This document shows positions 10,139 to 19,242 of a stretch of 64,000 nt of DNA, piece after piece. The position numbers and the translations under genes are program-made. The notes under the pieces are model-generated. The model was not told where the DNA came from, did no database searches, and was given only the letters and a program-made list of their open reading frames with translations. Every line of letters begins with the position of its first letter. Within the stretch, counting starts at the first letter, position 1. Source of the DNA: a virus; the IMG/VR virus record IMGVR_UViG_3300034121_000940, positions 1 to 64,000 of that record; one strand, 5' to 3'.

Positions 10139-13100
10139 TTATAATGTTTTAAATCCTGAATTTTTAGGAGCTTTACCAAATTTACTATTAAAAGACTTAA
10201 CAGCTTTTTCATTATTAGCACTATGAAACTTTTTGTATTCATCATCAAGTATTTCATTTGCTTCAGCAAATTTACCCATGATTTCATTAAGTTTGATATC
10301 TATCTGTTTTCCAAAAGGTTGTGCAATACTTGATTCTTTTATTTCATAATATTCACCATTTTCTTCAACACCTCTTAAAGTTGTAGTATAACGGTAATTA
10401 CCTGTAACATTATCTTTATCTAAAATTACTGAATGTCCATGAACTGGATCTACATATTGTATTTTTTTACCTGTATTTAATATGGCTTCTGTGGGAGTAA
10501 CTTTATTAGATTGAAACAAACTGTTTTTCCAACTACTGCTTGGAGCAATATATGTAATACCATTTGTTTTCAAATCTTCTATTACTTGTGCATCTGCTTT
10601 TGGATCAAAGTACTTTTCAATAATTTCATTAGGTATGTTTTTAAGTTTCATTGCACCTAAATCAGAATTTTCACCAGCAATCTGAGCTTGTATTAGTTTA
10701 AATACAGTAGGATTATTTTTTTGATTTTTATTTCTAGATAAATTAGATAAATCAAACAACATGTTTTTTAACTTGTTATTTAAATCTACATTTACTTCAT
10801 AATCAGGTTCATTAATATTACCCTTCAAAGAAACTCTATAGTTATTTTTATCTGCTTGATTGAAGTTAATTTTTCTTACATCTTCTAAAAACTGATTGAA
10901 TGAAGCTAAATTATCATCTTTTCTAAATAAGTCTACATTAATTGATGTAGATACAGCTCCTGTTGATGTTACACCATTTGCTGAACTTTTTACACTAGGT
11001 AAATAAGATAATAAACCTAATTTATGATCAGGATTTTTTACAATATTTTCATAAGTATTATTCATTTCACCTAATAAATCAGAAGCAGAAAATACATCAT
11101 ATACTAAACCAGCTACAGTAAGACCATTCATACCTGTTTTTTGAGCTAAACCTATTGCAGTAGGAATTGCTTTTATAGCTTTACCAGCTCTTTGAAAGAA
11201 TCCAGGAGGAGCCGCTTTTTTACCAGTTCTTTTTTCATAACTTGTTATTATATTATTCATCATATCTTCAAAGTCATCTGCTTCCCACACTTTACCAGTA
11301 ACATATTTTTTAAGATATTGATCAATAATGGTATATCTTAACCCTTTATCTTTAATACCACTAGTTTCTAATTTAGAACTTAAAGCACTTGCAATTTTAT
11401 TTTCATTTTCTTTTTTAATTTGTAAATGCACATCATAAAACATATGCATTTGATCAAGCTTATAACCAGTAATAGATGAATTCTTGTTATAAGAACGACC
11501 TGTTCCAGCATTATGTTTCAAAGCCCAAGCATCCATTCTCTTTTTATAATCAAAAATTTTAGCATTGACTGTTAAATCTCTAACCAGTTGTTGTCTTGTA
11601 CCAGCATCACTGTCATATTGATTTTTGATCTTATCCCACATTTTTTGACCCCATTCACGGTTTTGACCTAATAAATAACCTAAGTCACTTGGTGAAATCT
11701 CTTTAGCATCAATACCATTTTTAATTGTATTAATCCAAGTATCAACATAACCTGTTGACAATTTGTCAATATGTTCTGTTAAAACACTTCTGTTATACTT
11801 AACAGAATTTACTGAACGATCATCTGTTAAACCACCTTCACCACCTTCACCTAATTCTAATTCTTGTGGTGATCCTTTAACAGGAATAATGTTACCTGTT
11901 TGTGGATCAATTTCTGCATAACCATTATTTAATTGCCATTCAAGAATTTTGTTTTCTTTATCAGCATTAATTTTTGCTAATGCTCTTGCATCTGCTCTTT
12001 GGTTGTTAATCTCATCCCTTCTCATGGCATTTTGATTTCTTACCGTCTCAAGCCCTAAAGCATTTATTTCATTCTTATAGATCATGTCTTTTTTAGACAA
12101 AGCATCTGATGCAGAAAGAATATCTCTTTCAGCTAAATAACTAGAATGTAATCTATCAACATTCATTCTAGCTAACTCAATGTTATCTAAGTCTAATCCT
12201 TCAACACTAGTTATATCTCCTGAACTAACAGTCATTTTACCTGTTGGATCAAGCTCATCACTTAAATCTTTGTTATGCTTGTATACAATTTCATCTACTT
12301 GAATAGCTTGTGCAATTTTTTCTAAATATGCCGGTTGTGATGGATTAACATCACCATTGCTAATTGCATTTTCAACATTATTTTTTTGATTGGTAGATGC
12401 TGTAACCGCATCTTCAGCTTCTAATTCTTTTTGTTTAGTGTAATCTTTAAGAAATAAAAATTGTTCTTTCAAGTATTCTTTTTCTGCTAATAATTCATTG
12501 TTATTATATTTAGCAGCTCTTGCTTTAGCTTCATCTTTTCTTTTTACATATGCTTCTGTTGCATATTTCTTTTGTAAAGCAGGATCATTAATATACTCAG
12601 CATAAAACAATTTTTGTAATGTAGGAACAATAAGGTCTCCGTTTTTTTGTCTAACAGTATACATACCAGATTTGTCTGGTTGAGTAATATCAACAGACAA
12701 ATCATATTCTTTAGCTAAAGCTCTGTATTTTTCTAATGCATTTACATTTGGGGTATAAGATATATTTCCAAAACTTAAAACTTCAGAAGCATCTGCATTT
12801 TTAAATTCTTCTAATCTATAGTCCATATCTTTAACACCCACATCCCAATATGAAGCTCTATCATCTTTGTTTTTACTTGTAGCTAATGCAGTAGCTCTTG
12901 ACCTTTCATTTTTATAATTCTTGGTAAGAGCCATATCCTTCATTAAGTTTTTATTTTCATAGATAGGTCTAAAAACTTGTTTAGCTTGTTCAACATTTTG
13001 CTCAAGAGACAAATCTAAACCAGATACTCTCTTTAATTCATAATCTAAATTTTTAAGATAACTATCTTTCATTCTGTTACTGTCATCTCTAGTAACATCT

Positions 13101-13258
13101 TGATAATATAATTGTCCGTATAGATTATTTAATTGTTTATAATTTGTATCATACTGATTTTGCTTTGTCTGCAAAACATTATTATAAAAATTATAATCCG
13201 GCTGAAATGGTTGAAAGTCAGGAATATAATCTGTTACACCTGTAATATATGTACTCAT
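10139..13258 (-). CDS. 1039-aa putative virion cargo/ejection protein
   Basis: Long ORF in the cargo cluster; helical N-terminus (PDFQPFQPDYNFYNNVLQTKQNQYD); one hydrophobic segment; function inferred from synteny. Confidence 0.6.
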   Translation of the reverse strand: MSTYITGVTDYIPDFQPFQPDYNFYNNVLQTKQNQYDTNYKQLNNLYGQLYYQDVTRDDSNRMKDSYLKNLDYELKRVSGLDLSLEQNVEQAKQVFRPIYENKNLMKDMALTKNYKNERSRATALATSKNKDDRASYWDVGVKDMDYRLEEFKNADASEVLSFGNISYTPNVNALEKYRALAKEYDLSVDITQPDKSGMYTVRQKNGDLIVPTLQKLFYAEYINDPALQKKYATEAYVKRKDEAKARAAKYNNNELLAEKEYLKEQFLFLKDYTKQKELEAEDAVTASTNQKNNVENAISNGDVNPSQPAYLEKIAQAIQVDEIVYKHNKDLSDELDPTGKMTVSSGDITSVEGLDLDNIELARMNVDRLHSSYLAERDILSASDALSKKDMIYKNEINALGLETVRNQNAMRRDEINNQRADARALAKINADKENKILEWQLNNGYAEIDPQTGNIIPVKGSPQELELGEGGEGGLTDDRSVNSVKYNRSVLTEHIDKLSTGYVDTWINTIKNGIDAKEISPSDLGYLLGQNREWGQKMWDKIKNQYDSDAGTRQQLVRDLTVNAKIFDYKKRMDAWALKHNAGTGRSYNKNSSITGYKLDQMHMFYDVHLQIKKENENKIASALSSKLETSGIKDKGLRYTIIDQYLKKYVTGKVWEADDFEDMMNNIITSYEKRTGKKAAPPGFFQRAGKAIKAIPTAIGLAQKTGMNGLTVAGLVYDVFSASDLLGEMNNTYENIVKNPDHKLGLLSYLPSVKSSANGVTSTGAVSTSINVDLFRKDDNLASFNQFLEDVRKINFNQADKNNYRVSLKGNINEPDYEVNVDLNNKLKNMLFDLSNLSRNKNQKNNPTVFKLIQAQIAGENSDLGAMKLKNIPNEIIEKYFDPKADAQVIEDLKTNGITYIAPSSSWKNSLFQSNKVTPTEAILNTGKKIQYVDPVHGHSVILDKDNVTGNYRYTTTLRGVEENGEYYEIKESSIAQPFGKQIDIKLNEIMGKFAEANEILDDEYKKFHSANNEKAVKSFNSKFGKAPKNSGFKTL

Positions 13259-13275
13259 AGCTAATTTTTTCTATT

Positions 13276-13321
13276 GTAAATCTATAAAATTTTTATTTTC
13301 TCAGTAAATGTCAAAAGTTTA
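13276..13321 (-). promoter_or_regulatory. Possible promoter (TAGATTTAC, -7 box-like) with TAAAY-N7-RTTTA palindrome
   Basis: TAAAT-GTCAAAA-GTTTA at 13305-13321; revcomp of 13276-13284 is TAGATTTAC; upstream of the gene starting at 13258. Confidence 0.35.
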
Positions 13322-16300
13322 GAGTATAAATGGATAAGTTACATCACCATAAACAAATCCTCCTTCTTTAGCATTATGTGCATCAAAAGCACTTCTACCA
13401 GAGTTACCTCCACCTGAAGGAGCATTTTTCATCTTATCAGACACACATCTTTGAATTGTTGGTTCATCTTTATAACGCTTAGAACATTCTTCATAAAATG
13501 CTTGCTCATTATCTCCAGACATTTCAGGTTTAACTTGTTTAGCTTTAGTTTCATCAAATGTAACACGACCTCCACTTGGAGCATCAACTTGATATTGTGG
13601 ATACAATTGATTTAAAGCATCTGTTTTCATCATGTTTGTTATACCTGATGTAGTTTGATTCAGTAAGTTATTTCTTAATGCTCTCTTAGTATTATCATAC
13701 TGTTGATTAGAAATAGTATTCTGATCATATAATTTTTGTTGAGCAGCAGTATTTAATTGTTGTTCCTGATTTTCAACATTAGCAATATTAGTTTCAAACT
13801 GATTAGCTAAGTTTACATTAGCATTATTATATTTAGCCATTACATCAGCAGCATTTTTACTTGCCGCTCCCATAACACCAGATGCTCTAGCAGATAATGC
13901 TTGTGGTCCTGCAAACTGTGCAAGAGCTTGACTTTGTATATTAGCTTGTTCAGCATTAGCAGCTAGTTCTCTTGTTGGATCTAAGAATGTAGGTTTTGGT
14001 GTTTTTAAATCATACTTAGCAGCCCAAGGCATGTATTTCTTAGCACCCATCAAATCACCAAAAGCACCAGCTATTTTCATTTTATCTTGCAACCACATTT
14101 CAGGTTCAGTTTCTTGAGCAGCAACAGCAGGAGCTTCACCTTTTTCTTCACAAGGAGGACATGTACCATCAGCATTTTTTTCTGGAACATATTTACTTCC
14201 ATCAGCTTTAATACATTCAGGACATGGATTAGCTGCCGCAGCTTCTTCTTTCTTTTCTTCAGGTAAATTTTCAAATGTACCTGTATCAACAGCAGGATAA
14301 ATTGATTGCCCTAACTGTGTATTTCCTGAGTAACCTTCAACAGCAGATAATGCTTTATATTCATCACCATATTTTTGTGCCATAAATGGATTGTCTTTAG
14401 CACCACTAAGAACTTCTCTACTATTAACACCTTTTCCTAATAATTGATGCATTGCATATGTATCATCATCATTAAATTTATCATATTTACCAGCTTTTTT
14501 ATCTTGTTGCATTCTAGCAATACCATGATAAGCAGCTTGTTCAATTCCTGTATCAAGACTTCTATCATCATGTATCTTAACACCTAAATTTTTTGCAATA
14601 GCTTTTTTATCTGTGAAACCTTTAGCTTTGTATTCTTTTAATTTTTTTTCTGCTTCAGCTCTATCAACACCACTCTTTACCATTTCATCAACACTCTTTA
14701 AACCTGAAGCATCATCTTTTAGATAATGAGTTTCTATACCAGCTTGTTTAATTTTATCTGCTCTTTCTTCACTGTTTAAAAAACCATCTATTAATTGTTG
14801 ATCATTTGGGGTTTTCTTTTTATACTGATCTCTTATATTTGGTGATGCTACATCTCTATCTTGAAGGGCTTCACGAGTTTTTTCAAGAAATTGTTTTCTA
14901 ACTTCTGATTTAGGATTAGAAAATTCTTTTCTTAAATATTTCATTTTTGTATCACTGATAGCTTTAAGATCTGATAAAGATAAATTTTCCTTTTTGCTTG
15001 GTGGTGTATATTTAGCAGGCTTACCATTCAGCATTATTTTTGGTTCTTGACCTTTATTTCTTTCTTTCCACATATAGTATTTTTTATTAGCTGTTTCAGG
15101 ATCTAAACCTGTAACATCTAATGTACCATCAGCAGCTGGAGCACCTCCTGCAGGACTAGTAGAGCTAGCACCTTCATCACCTTGATATGTTCTTAAAGCA
15201 CCTCCTCTAGCATACATAGGAGATTTAGATCTACCCATATAGTTTCTAGGATTAGCTCCCATAGCCATACCATATTCTGCTTCAGGTATATCTTCTTCAT
15301 ATGGAAAATCATAACCACCCATAGCCATACCATACTGAGCCATTTCCAATTGTTCACATGGTACACATTTCTTTTGTGATACACCTTGTACAATTACTTT
15401 TTTCATACAAGGACAGTTTTCTAAATTTTTTTTATATTTTTCTAAATAGTTTTCTGGTGTTGATTGTTTATGTGGTAAAGGTTCACCAGTTTCAGGATCA
15501 AAGTATGTTCCATGATCTTTAGGATTTATTTCTTCTATTAAATCATTATATTTTTTAATTTGATCTTTATTCAGTGGTCCTTCTCCAACTGGAATACTTT
15601 CAGTTTTACCTTTTAATTCATTATATTTTTGAACAGCTTTAAGATACTCTTGCATACCAGGTTGATTTCTATCATAATTAATATTATCAATCTTAGTTGG
15701 ATCTAATTCTATACCTAATTGAGCAAAAGGTAAAGTATAACCACCCATAGACATACCGTACTGTGCAGTAGGTTGAGCAATTGGTTGTCCTTCATTCATC
15801 TCTTCAGCTTGAGCATATTGTTGAGCAAAGTCTGGATCTTGTTCTTCAGTATTTTGAAGTTCTTCTGCTTGTTTTATTTTAGCATCTATTTTACTTTCAA
15901 ATTGTTTGATAGAAGGATCAACAAATGTTTCTTCAGTATATTGATTTTCTGCAGTCATAGGTTGTGCTACAGCTGGCATACCTTGAGGGAATCCTTTCTT
16001 ACCTTCTTGTACTAATGCTAAAGCAGCAAGTTTAGTCTGATAATTTTTAATCATCAGCTCTGCAGTTTTTCTATCTATATGATCAGAGTCTGGATCTTGA
16101 AGAATCTTTCTGTATTTCTCAATGTCATATTGTTTAGCAAGTTCAGCAGGAGTATAACTTTTCTTACCCGACTTACCTTTACCAAACATTTGTAAGAACT
16201 CAGGTTCTTTAATGTTCATACCTCTGAAGTCACTGTATATAAAAGTGTCATCAGGTAAGTTTAATGGAACACCACCACCAGAGTGTCTTGGACCTTTGAT

Positions 16301-16540
16301 AGTTTTGTGTTCTGGCATTCCATCACCATTGATATCACCATATACAGTTTCACCACCTTCAGCTTCAAGATTAGCTTCTTCTCTAGGAACAGCAGTAATA
16401 TATTTGCTGACTCTCAGTTTTGGTTTACCAATATAAGTATTATAGTCTGCACCACCCATTGCTGGTACATCATTAGCTAAAGAACCTTGTACTTGGTATC
16501 CTGTTCTAGCTTGCGGTAGTTTTTTAATTCTTACTTTCAT
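13319..16540 (-). CDS. 1073-aa internal virion/cargo protein
   Basis: N-terminal NLEAEGGE...GPRHSGGGV segment, repeated A(Q/E)YGM(A/S)MG motifs, two small Cys clusters, Q/N/A-rich helical C-terminus. Confidence 0.6.
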   Translation of the reverse strand: MKVRIKKLPQARTGYQVQGSLANDVPAMGGADYNTYIGKPKLRVSKYITAVPREEANLEAEGGETVYGDINGDGMPEHKTIKGPRHSGGGVPLNLPDDTFIYSDFRGMNIKEPEFLQMFGKGKSGKKSYTPAELAKQYDIEKYRKILQDPDSDHIDRKTAELMIKNYQTKLAALALVQEGKKGFPQGMPAVAQPMTAENQYTEETFVDPSIKQFESKIDAKIKQAEELQNTEEQDPDFAQQYAQAEEMNEGQPIAQPTAQYGMSMGGYTLPFAQLGIELDPTKIDNINYDRNQPGMQEYLKAVQKYNELKGKTESIPVGEGPLNKDQIKKYNDLIEEINPKDHGTYFDPETGEPLPHKQSTPENYLEKYKKNLENCPCMKKVIVQGVSQKKCVPCEQLEMAQYGMAMGGYDFPYEEDIPEAEYGMAMGANPRNYMGRSKSPMYARGGALRTYQGDEGASSTSPAGGAPAADGTLDVTGLDPETANKKYYMWKERNKGQEPKIMLNGKPAKYTPPSKKENLSLSDLKAISDTKMKYLRKEFSNPKSEVRKQFLEKTREALQDRDVASPNIRDQYKKKTPNDQQLIDGFLNSEERADKIKQAGIETHYLKDDASGLKSVDEMVKSGVDRAEAEKKLKEYKAKGFTDKKAIAKNLGVKIHDDRSLDTGIEQAAYHGIARMQQDKKAGKYDKFNDDDTYAMHQLLGKGVNSREVLSGAKDNPFMAQKYGDEYKALSAVEGYSGNTQLGQSIYPAVDTGTFENLPEEKKEEAAAANPCPECIKADGSKYVPEKNADGTCPPCEEKGEAPAVAAQETEPEMWLQDKMKIAGAFGDLMGAKKYMPWAAKYDLKTPKPTFLDPTRELAANAEQANIQSQALAQFAGPQALSARASGVMGAASKNAADVMAKYNNANVNLANQFETNIANVENQEQQLNTAAQQKLYDQNTISNQQYDNTKRALRNNLLNQTTSGITNMMKTDALNQLYPQYQVDAPSGGRVTFDETKAKQVKPEMSGDNEQAFYEECSKRYKDEPTIQRCVSDKMKNAPSGGGNSGRSAFDAHNAKEGGFVYGDVTYPFIL

Positions 16541-16544
16541 CTTA

Positions 16545-19181
16545 TTAAGATTCTAAATATTCAACTTCTCCTCCGTTAGCAAGGAATGCTTCTAATTCTT
16601 CTGGTGTCATGTCTACTTCATCACCTTCAGTATAACCACCTTGTTCCATATAACCACCTGACTGACCATATGCAAATCTACCCATAGTTTCTTGACCGGT
16701 TTGATCAGGTCTAAACATACCTGTTTGTTGACCATATGCTACATAATCACCTCTATCTTTATTAGTAGATGCACCATAAAGATTATCAGAAGTAAAATTA
16801 TTAGCATACATCTCAGCTTGTTTCTTATTAGCATCAATATCTGACATAATACCTGTAAACATATCAATGCCAGAATTTAATTTATTAACAAAATTCTGAC
16901 CATCAAACTCTCTTTTTCTTTGTACATCTTGAGCAACTAAAGTGTCATCAGCAGGATTTCCAAAATCTTCAGAAGTAATTGTTTGACCTTTAGTTTGATT
17001 AGGATCCATTTCAACTGTTTTAACTTTTCCAGCATCAGGATTAGTTGGTACATTTTGATTCATGAATGAAGCAGAAGAACCCATTAATGTATTTGGATTT
17101 TCTTGTGGTTTCAACATACCTACTAAATTACCTGAAGTTGCAGTAGGATCAGATGCAGCAGATAATTTATTTGTAGGAGATTTAACAGCTCCTGCAATTT
17201 GGTATTTACCAAGTACACCACCATAACTAAAACCACGTTTACTTCTAATCATACTTTGCTCAAACATATCAGCTTCTTCAGCTTCTTGAGCTTCTCTTTC
17301 AGCTTCTTCCTGTGCTATGGTATCTTTTGATTTACCCTGTATAAATTGATGTAAAGTAGTTGGATACATTTCTGATAAAACCTGATTTTCTTGTTTTGTT
17401 GGTATAAATTCTTTTAAATTTTCATACTTAATAGGTTGATACTCTGGGAATTCAATACTATTTACATCTGGTAACTCACTGTTTGAAGTTTGTGCATATT
17501 GATTCATTATAAGATCTTCTAATGCAGGCATCTCAGGTAATTCTGGTACAGAAACTAATCTAGGTAAATCATAAGCTTTACCCTTTGAATCATGTGTTTT
17601 TATAACAACAGCTTCATATGGTGATGGTGAAGAATAATCAGTACCATTGTTTCTTAAATCTCTTTTTAGATCCTTCTCAGAATCATACATGTATTTTTCA
17701 GGAGACTTTTTATCAAAATCAGCTTGTCTTCTAGTTTGTTCAACACCTCTTTCAAATTCTCTACCTAGTTGTCTTTCACCTCTTTTTATTTGTCTTTTTG
17801 CTTTAGCTGGTAAACTATCCCATAATTCTTCAGACATACCATGTTTTTGATCTTTGGCAACAGCTTTTTCATAAGCAGCTTTAATCTCTTGTCCAGGTGT
17901 ATTTGGAACTTGCTTACCAGTTCCTTTACTATAATAGTCAGTCCATTCTTTTGGTCTACCTAATATACCTCTTTTATGTACAGTTCTTGCTACAGGAGTT
18001 AATCCAGATACAGGATCTTTATACAAAGCACCAGTCTTAACATCATATGGATTATTTGCAATATAATTTTCCTTTCCTAAAATTGCATCTCCTAATTTAT
18101 TAATAAAACCTTTTTGAGCTTGAGGCATATCAAAACCACCATAGTTAAACATGTCAGGTTGATTCTCTCCTATATAACCACCTTGTTGAGCAACCGGTTC
18201 AAATGATCCCATCTGACTTCCTTTTTTTCTACTTGCAGCAAGTTCTTGTGCAGATTGAATTAATTCAGGATTTTTAGAATTCATCATTTTTTCATACAAT
18301 GCATCTACAGCAGCTTTAGTAGAAATTTCTTTTAGCTTATCAGTAAATTGACTTTTTATTTTTGATACATCATCAGTAAGAGTATCTTTCTTATTACCTT
18401 GACCTATACTTTTAGATTCTTCAGCATCACCACCTTCTTGTTTTCTAACAAGTGCTAATACATTTTTAGTAAAGTTCTTTTTAGAACCACCATGTTTGTA
18501 ATAACCCGCATCATCACCTAGCATATCCCATTCTATAGGAGTGTAATCTGCTGTATACTCACTAATATCTTTTCCAAAATCAGAAAAGTCATCAGCTTTA
18601 TCTGCAGTATTTGCTACAAAATTAGAAAGTGTAGCAAGTCTATCTTCTAAACTAACATCTTCATCTTCATTAGAACTTAACTGATCATATGAAATTATTC
18701 CACCATCTTGAAATTCTGCTTCACTATTAGCAATTACATCTGGCTCTTCTTCATTAGCATAACTGTTATAATAATCCATAGCAGGATTACTTTCTTCCTC
18801 TTCTTCTGCTGGTTGTTCTTCTATTGATTGATATTCTGTTTGACCTATTTTTGATTCTTCAGCTTTGCCTTGTTCTTCTTCAGGTTGCTCTTCTTCTTCT
18901 GGAGCTTCCATCTCTTGCATAGCTTGAGTTAAAATAGGATATGCTATTTCTTTAGGTATACCTTTTGAAATCAATAACTTATAAACTTCTTCAGGTTCCA
19001 TATCATTGCTCAAGGCACCAGTTACATATTGTTTTAAGGCTTCCATTTGTTTTTGAGCCATTACATTTTCACTGGTAGTTTCAGCACCCATTTGAGCTTT
19101 TTGTAAAAACTTTTTTGTCTTGTTTATATATTCACCTTGTCCATTTGGAGCTTTGTAAATTCTAACAGTTCTTCTTTCCAT
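16545..19181 (-). CDS. 878-aa acidic internal virion/cargo protein with many xxGG motifs
   Basis: Low-complexity acidic protein containing FQDGG, YKHGG, KQEGG, AQQGG, FNYGG, FSYGG, MEQGG and a C-terminal DMTPEELEAFLANGGEVEY module. Confidence 0.6.
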   Translation of the reverse strand: MERRTVRIYKAPNGQGEYINKTKKFLQKAQMGAETTSENVMAQKQMEALKQYVTGALSNDMEPEEVYKLLISKGIPKEIAYPILTQAMQEMEAPEEEEQPEEEQGKAEESKIGQTEYQSIEEQPAEEEEESNPAMDYYNSYANEEEPDVIANSEAEFQDGGIISYDQLSSNEDEDVSLEDRLATLSNFVANTADKADDFSDFGKDISEYTADYTPIEWDMLGDDAGYYKHGGSKKNFTKNVLALVRKQEGGDAEESKSIGQGNKKDTLTDDVSKIKSQFTDKLKEISTKAAVDALYEKMMNSKNPELIQSAQELAASRKKGSQMGSFEPVAQQGGYIGENQPDMFNYGGFDMPQAQKGFINKLGDAILGKENYIANNPYDVKTGALYKDPVSGLTPVARTVHKRGILGRPKEWTDYYSKGTGKQVPNTPGQEIKAAYEKAVAKDQKHGMSEELWDSLPAKAKRQIKRGERQLGREFERGVEQTRRQADFDKKSPEKYMYDSEKDLKRDLRNNGTDYSSPSPYEAVVIKTHDSKGKAYDLPRLVSVPELPEMPALEDLIMNQYAQTSNSELPDVNSIEFPEYQPIKYENLKEFIPTKQENQVLSEMYPTTLHQFIQGKSKDTIAQEEAEREAQEAEEADMFEQSMIRSKRGFSYGGVLGKYQIAGAVKSPTNKLSAASDPTATSGNLVGMLKPQENPNTLMGSSASFMNQNVPTNPDAGKVKTVEMDPNQTKGQTITSEDFGNPADDTLVAQDVQRKREFDGQNFVNKLNSGIDMFTGIMSDIDANKKQAEMYANNFTSDNLYGASTNKDRGDYVAYGQQTGMFRPDQTGQETMGRFAYGQSGGYMEQGGYTEGDEVDMTPEELEAFLANGGEVEYLES

Positions 19182-19198
19182 GTGTAAAGATTATAATT

Positions 19199-19242
19199 TA
19201 ATATACTAAAAATAAATTTATTGTTTAAACTTTAAAAATTTA
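19199..19242 (-). promoter_or_regulatory. Putative phage promoter (TATATTA) with palindromic site TAAAC-N7-ATTTA
   Basis: Revcomp TATATTA at 19199-19205; palindrome at 19226-19242; intergenic, upstream of the gene starting at 19181. Confidence 0.5.
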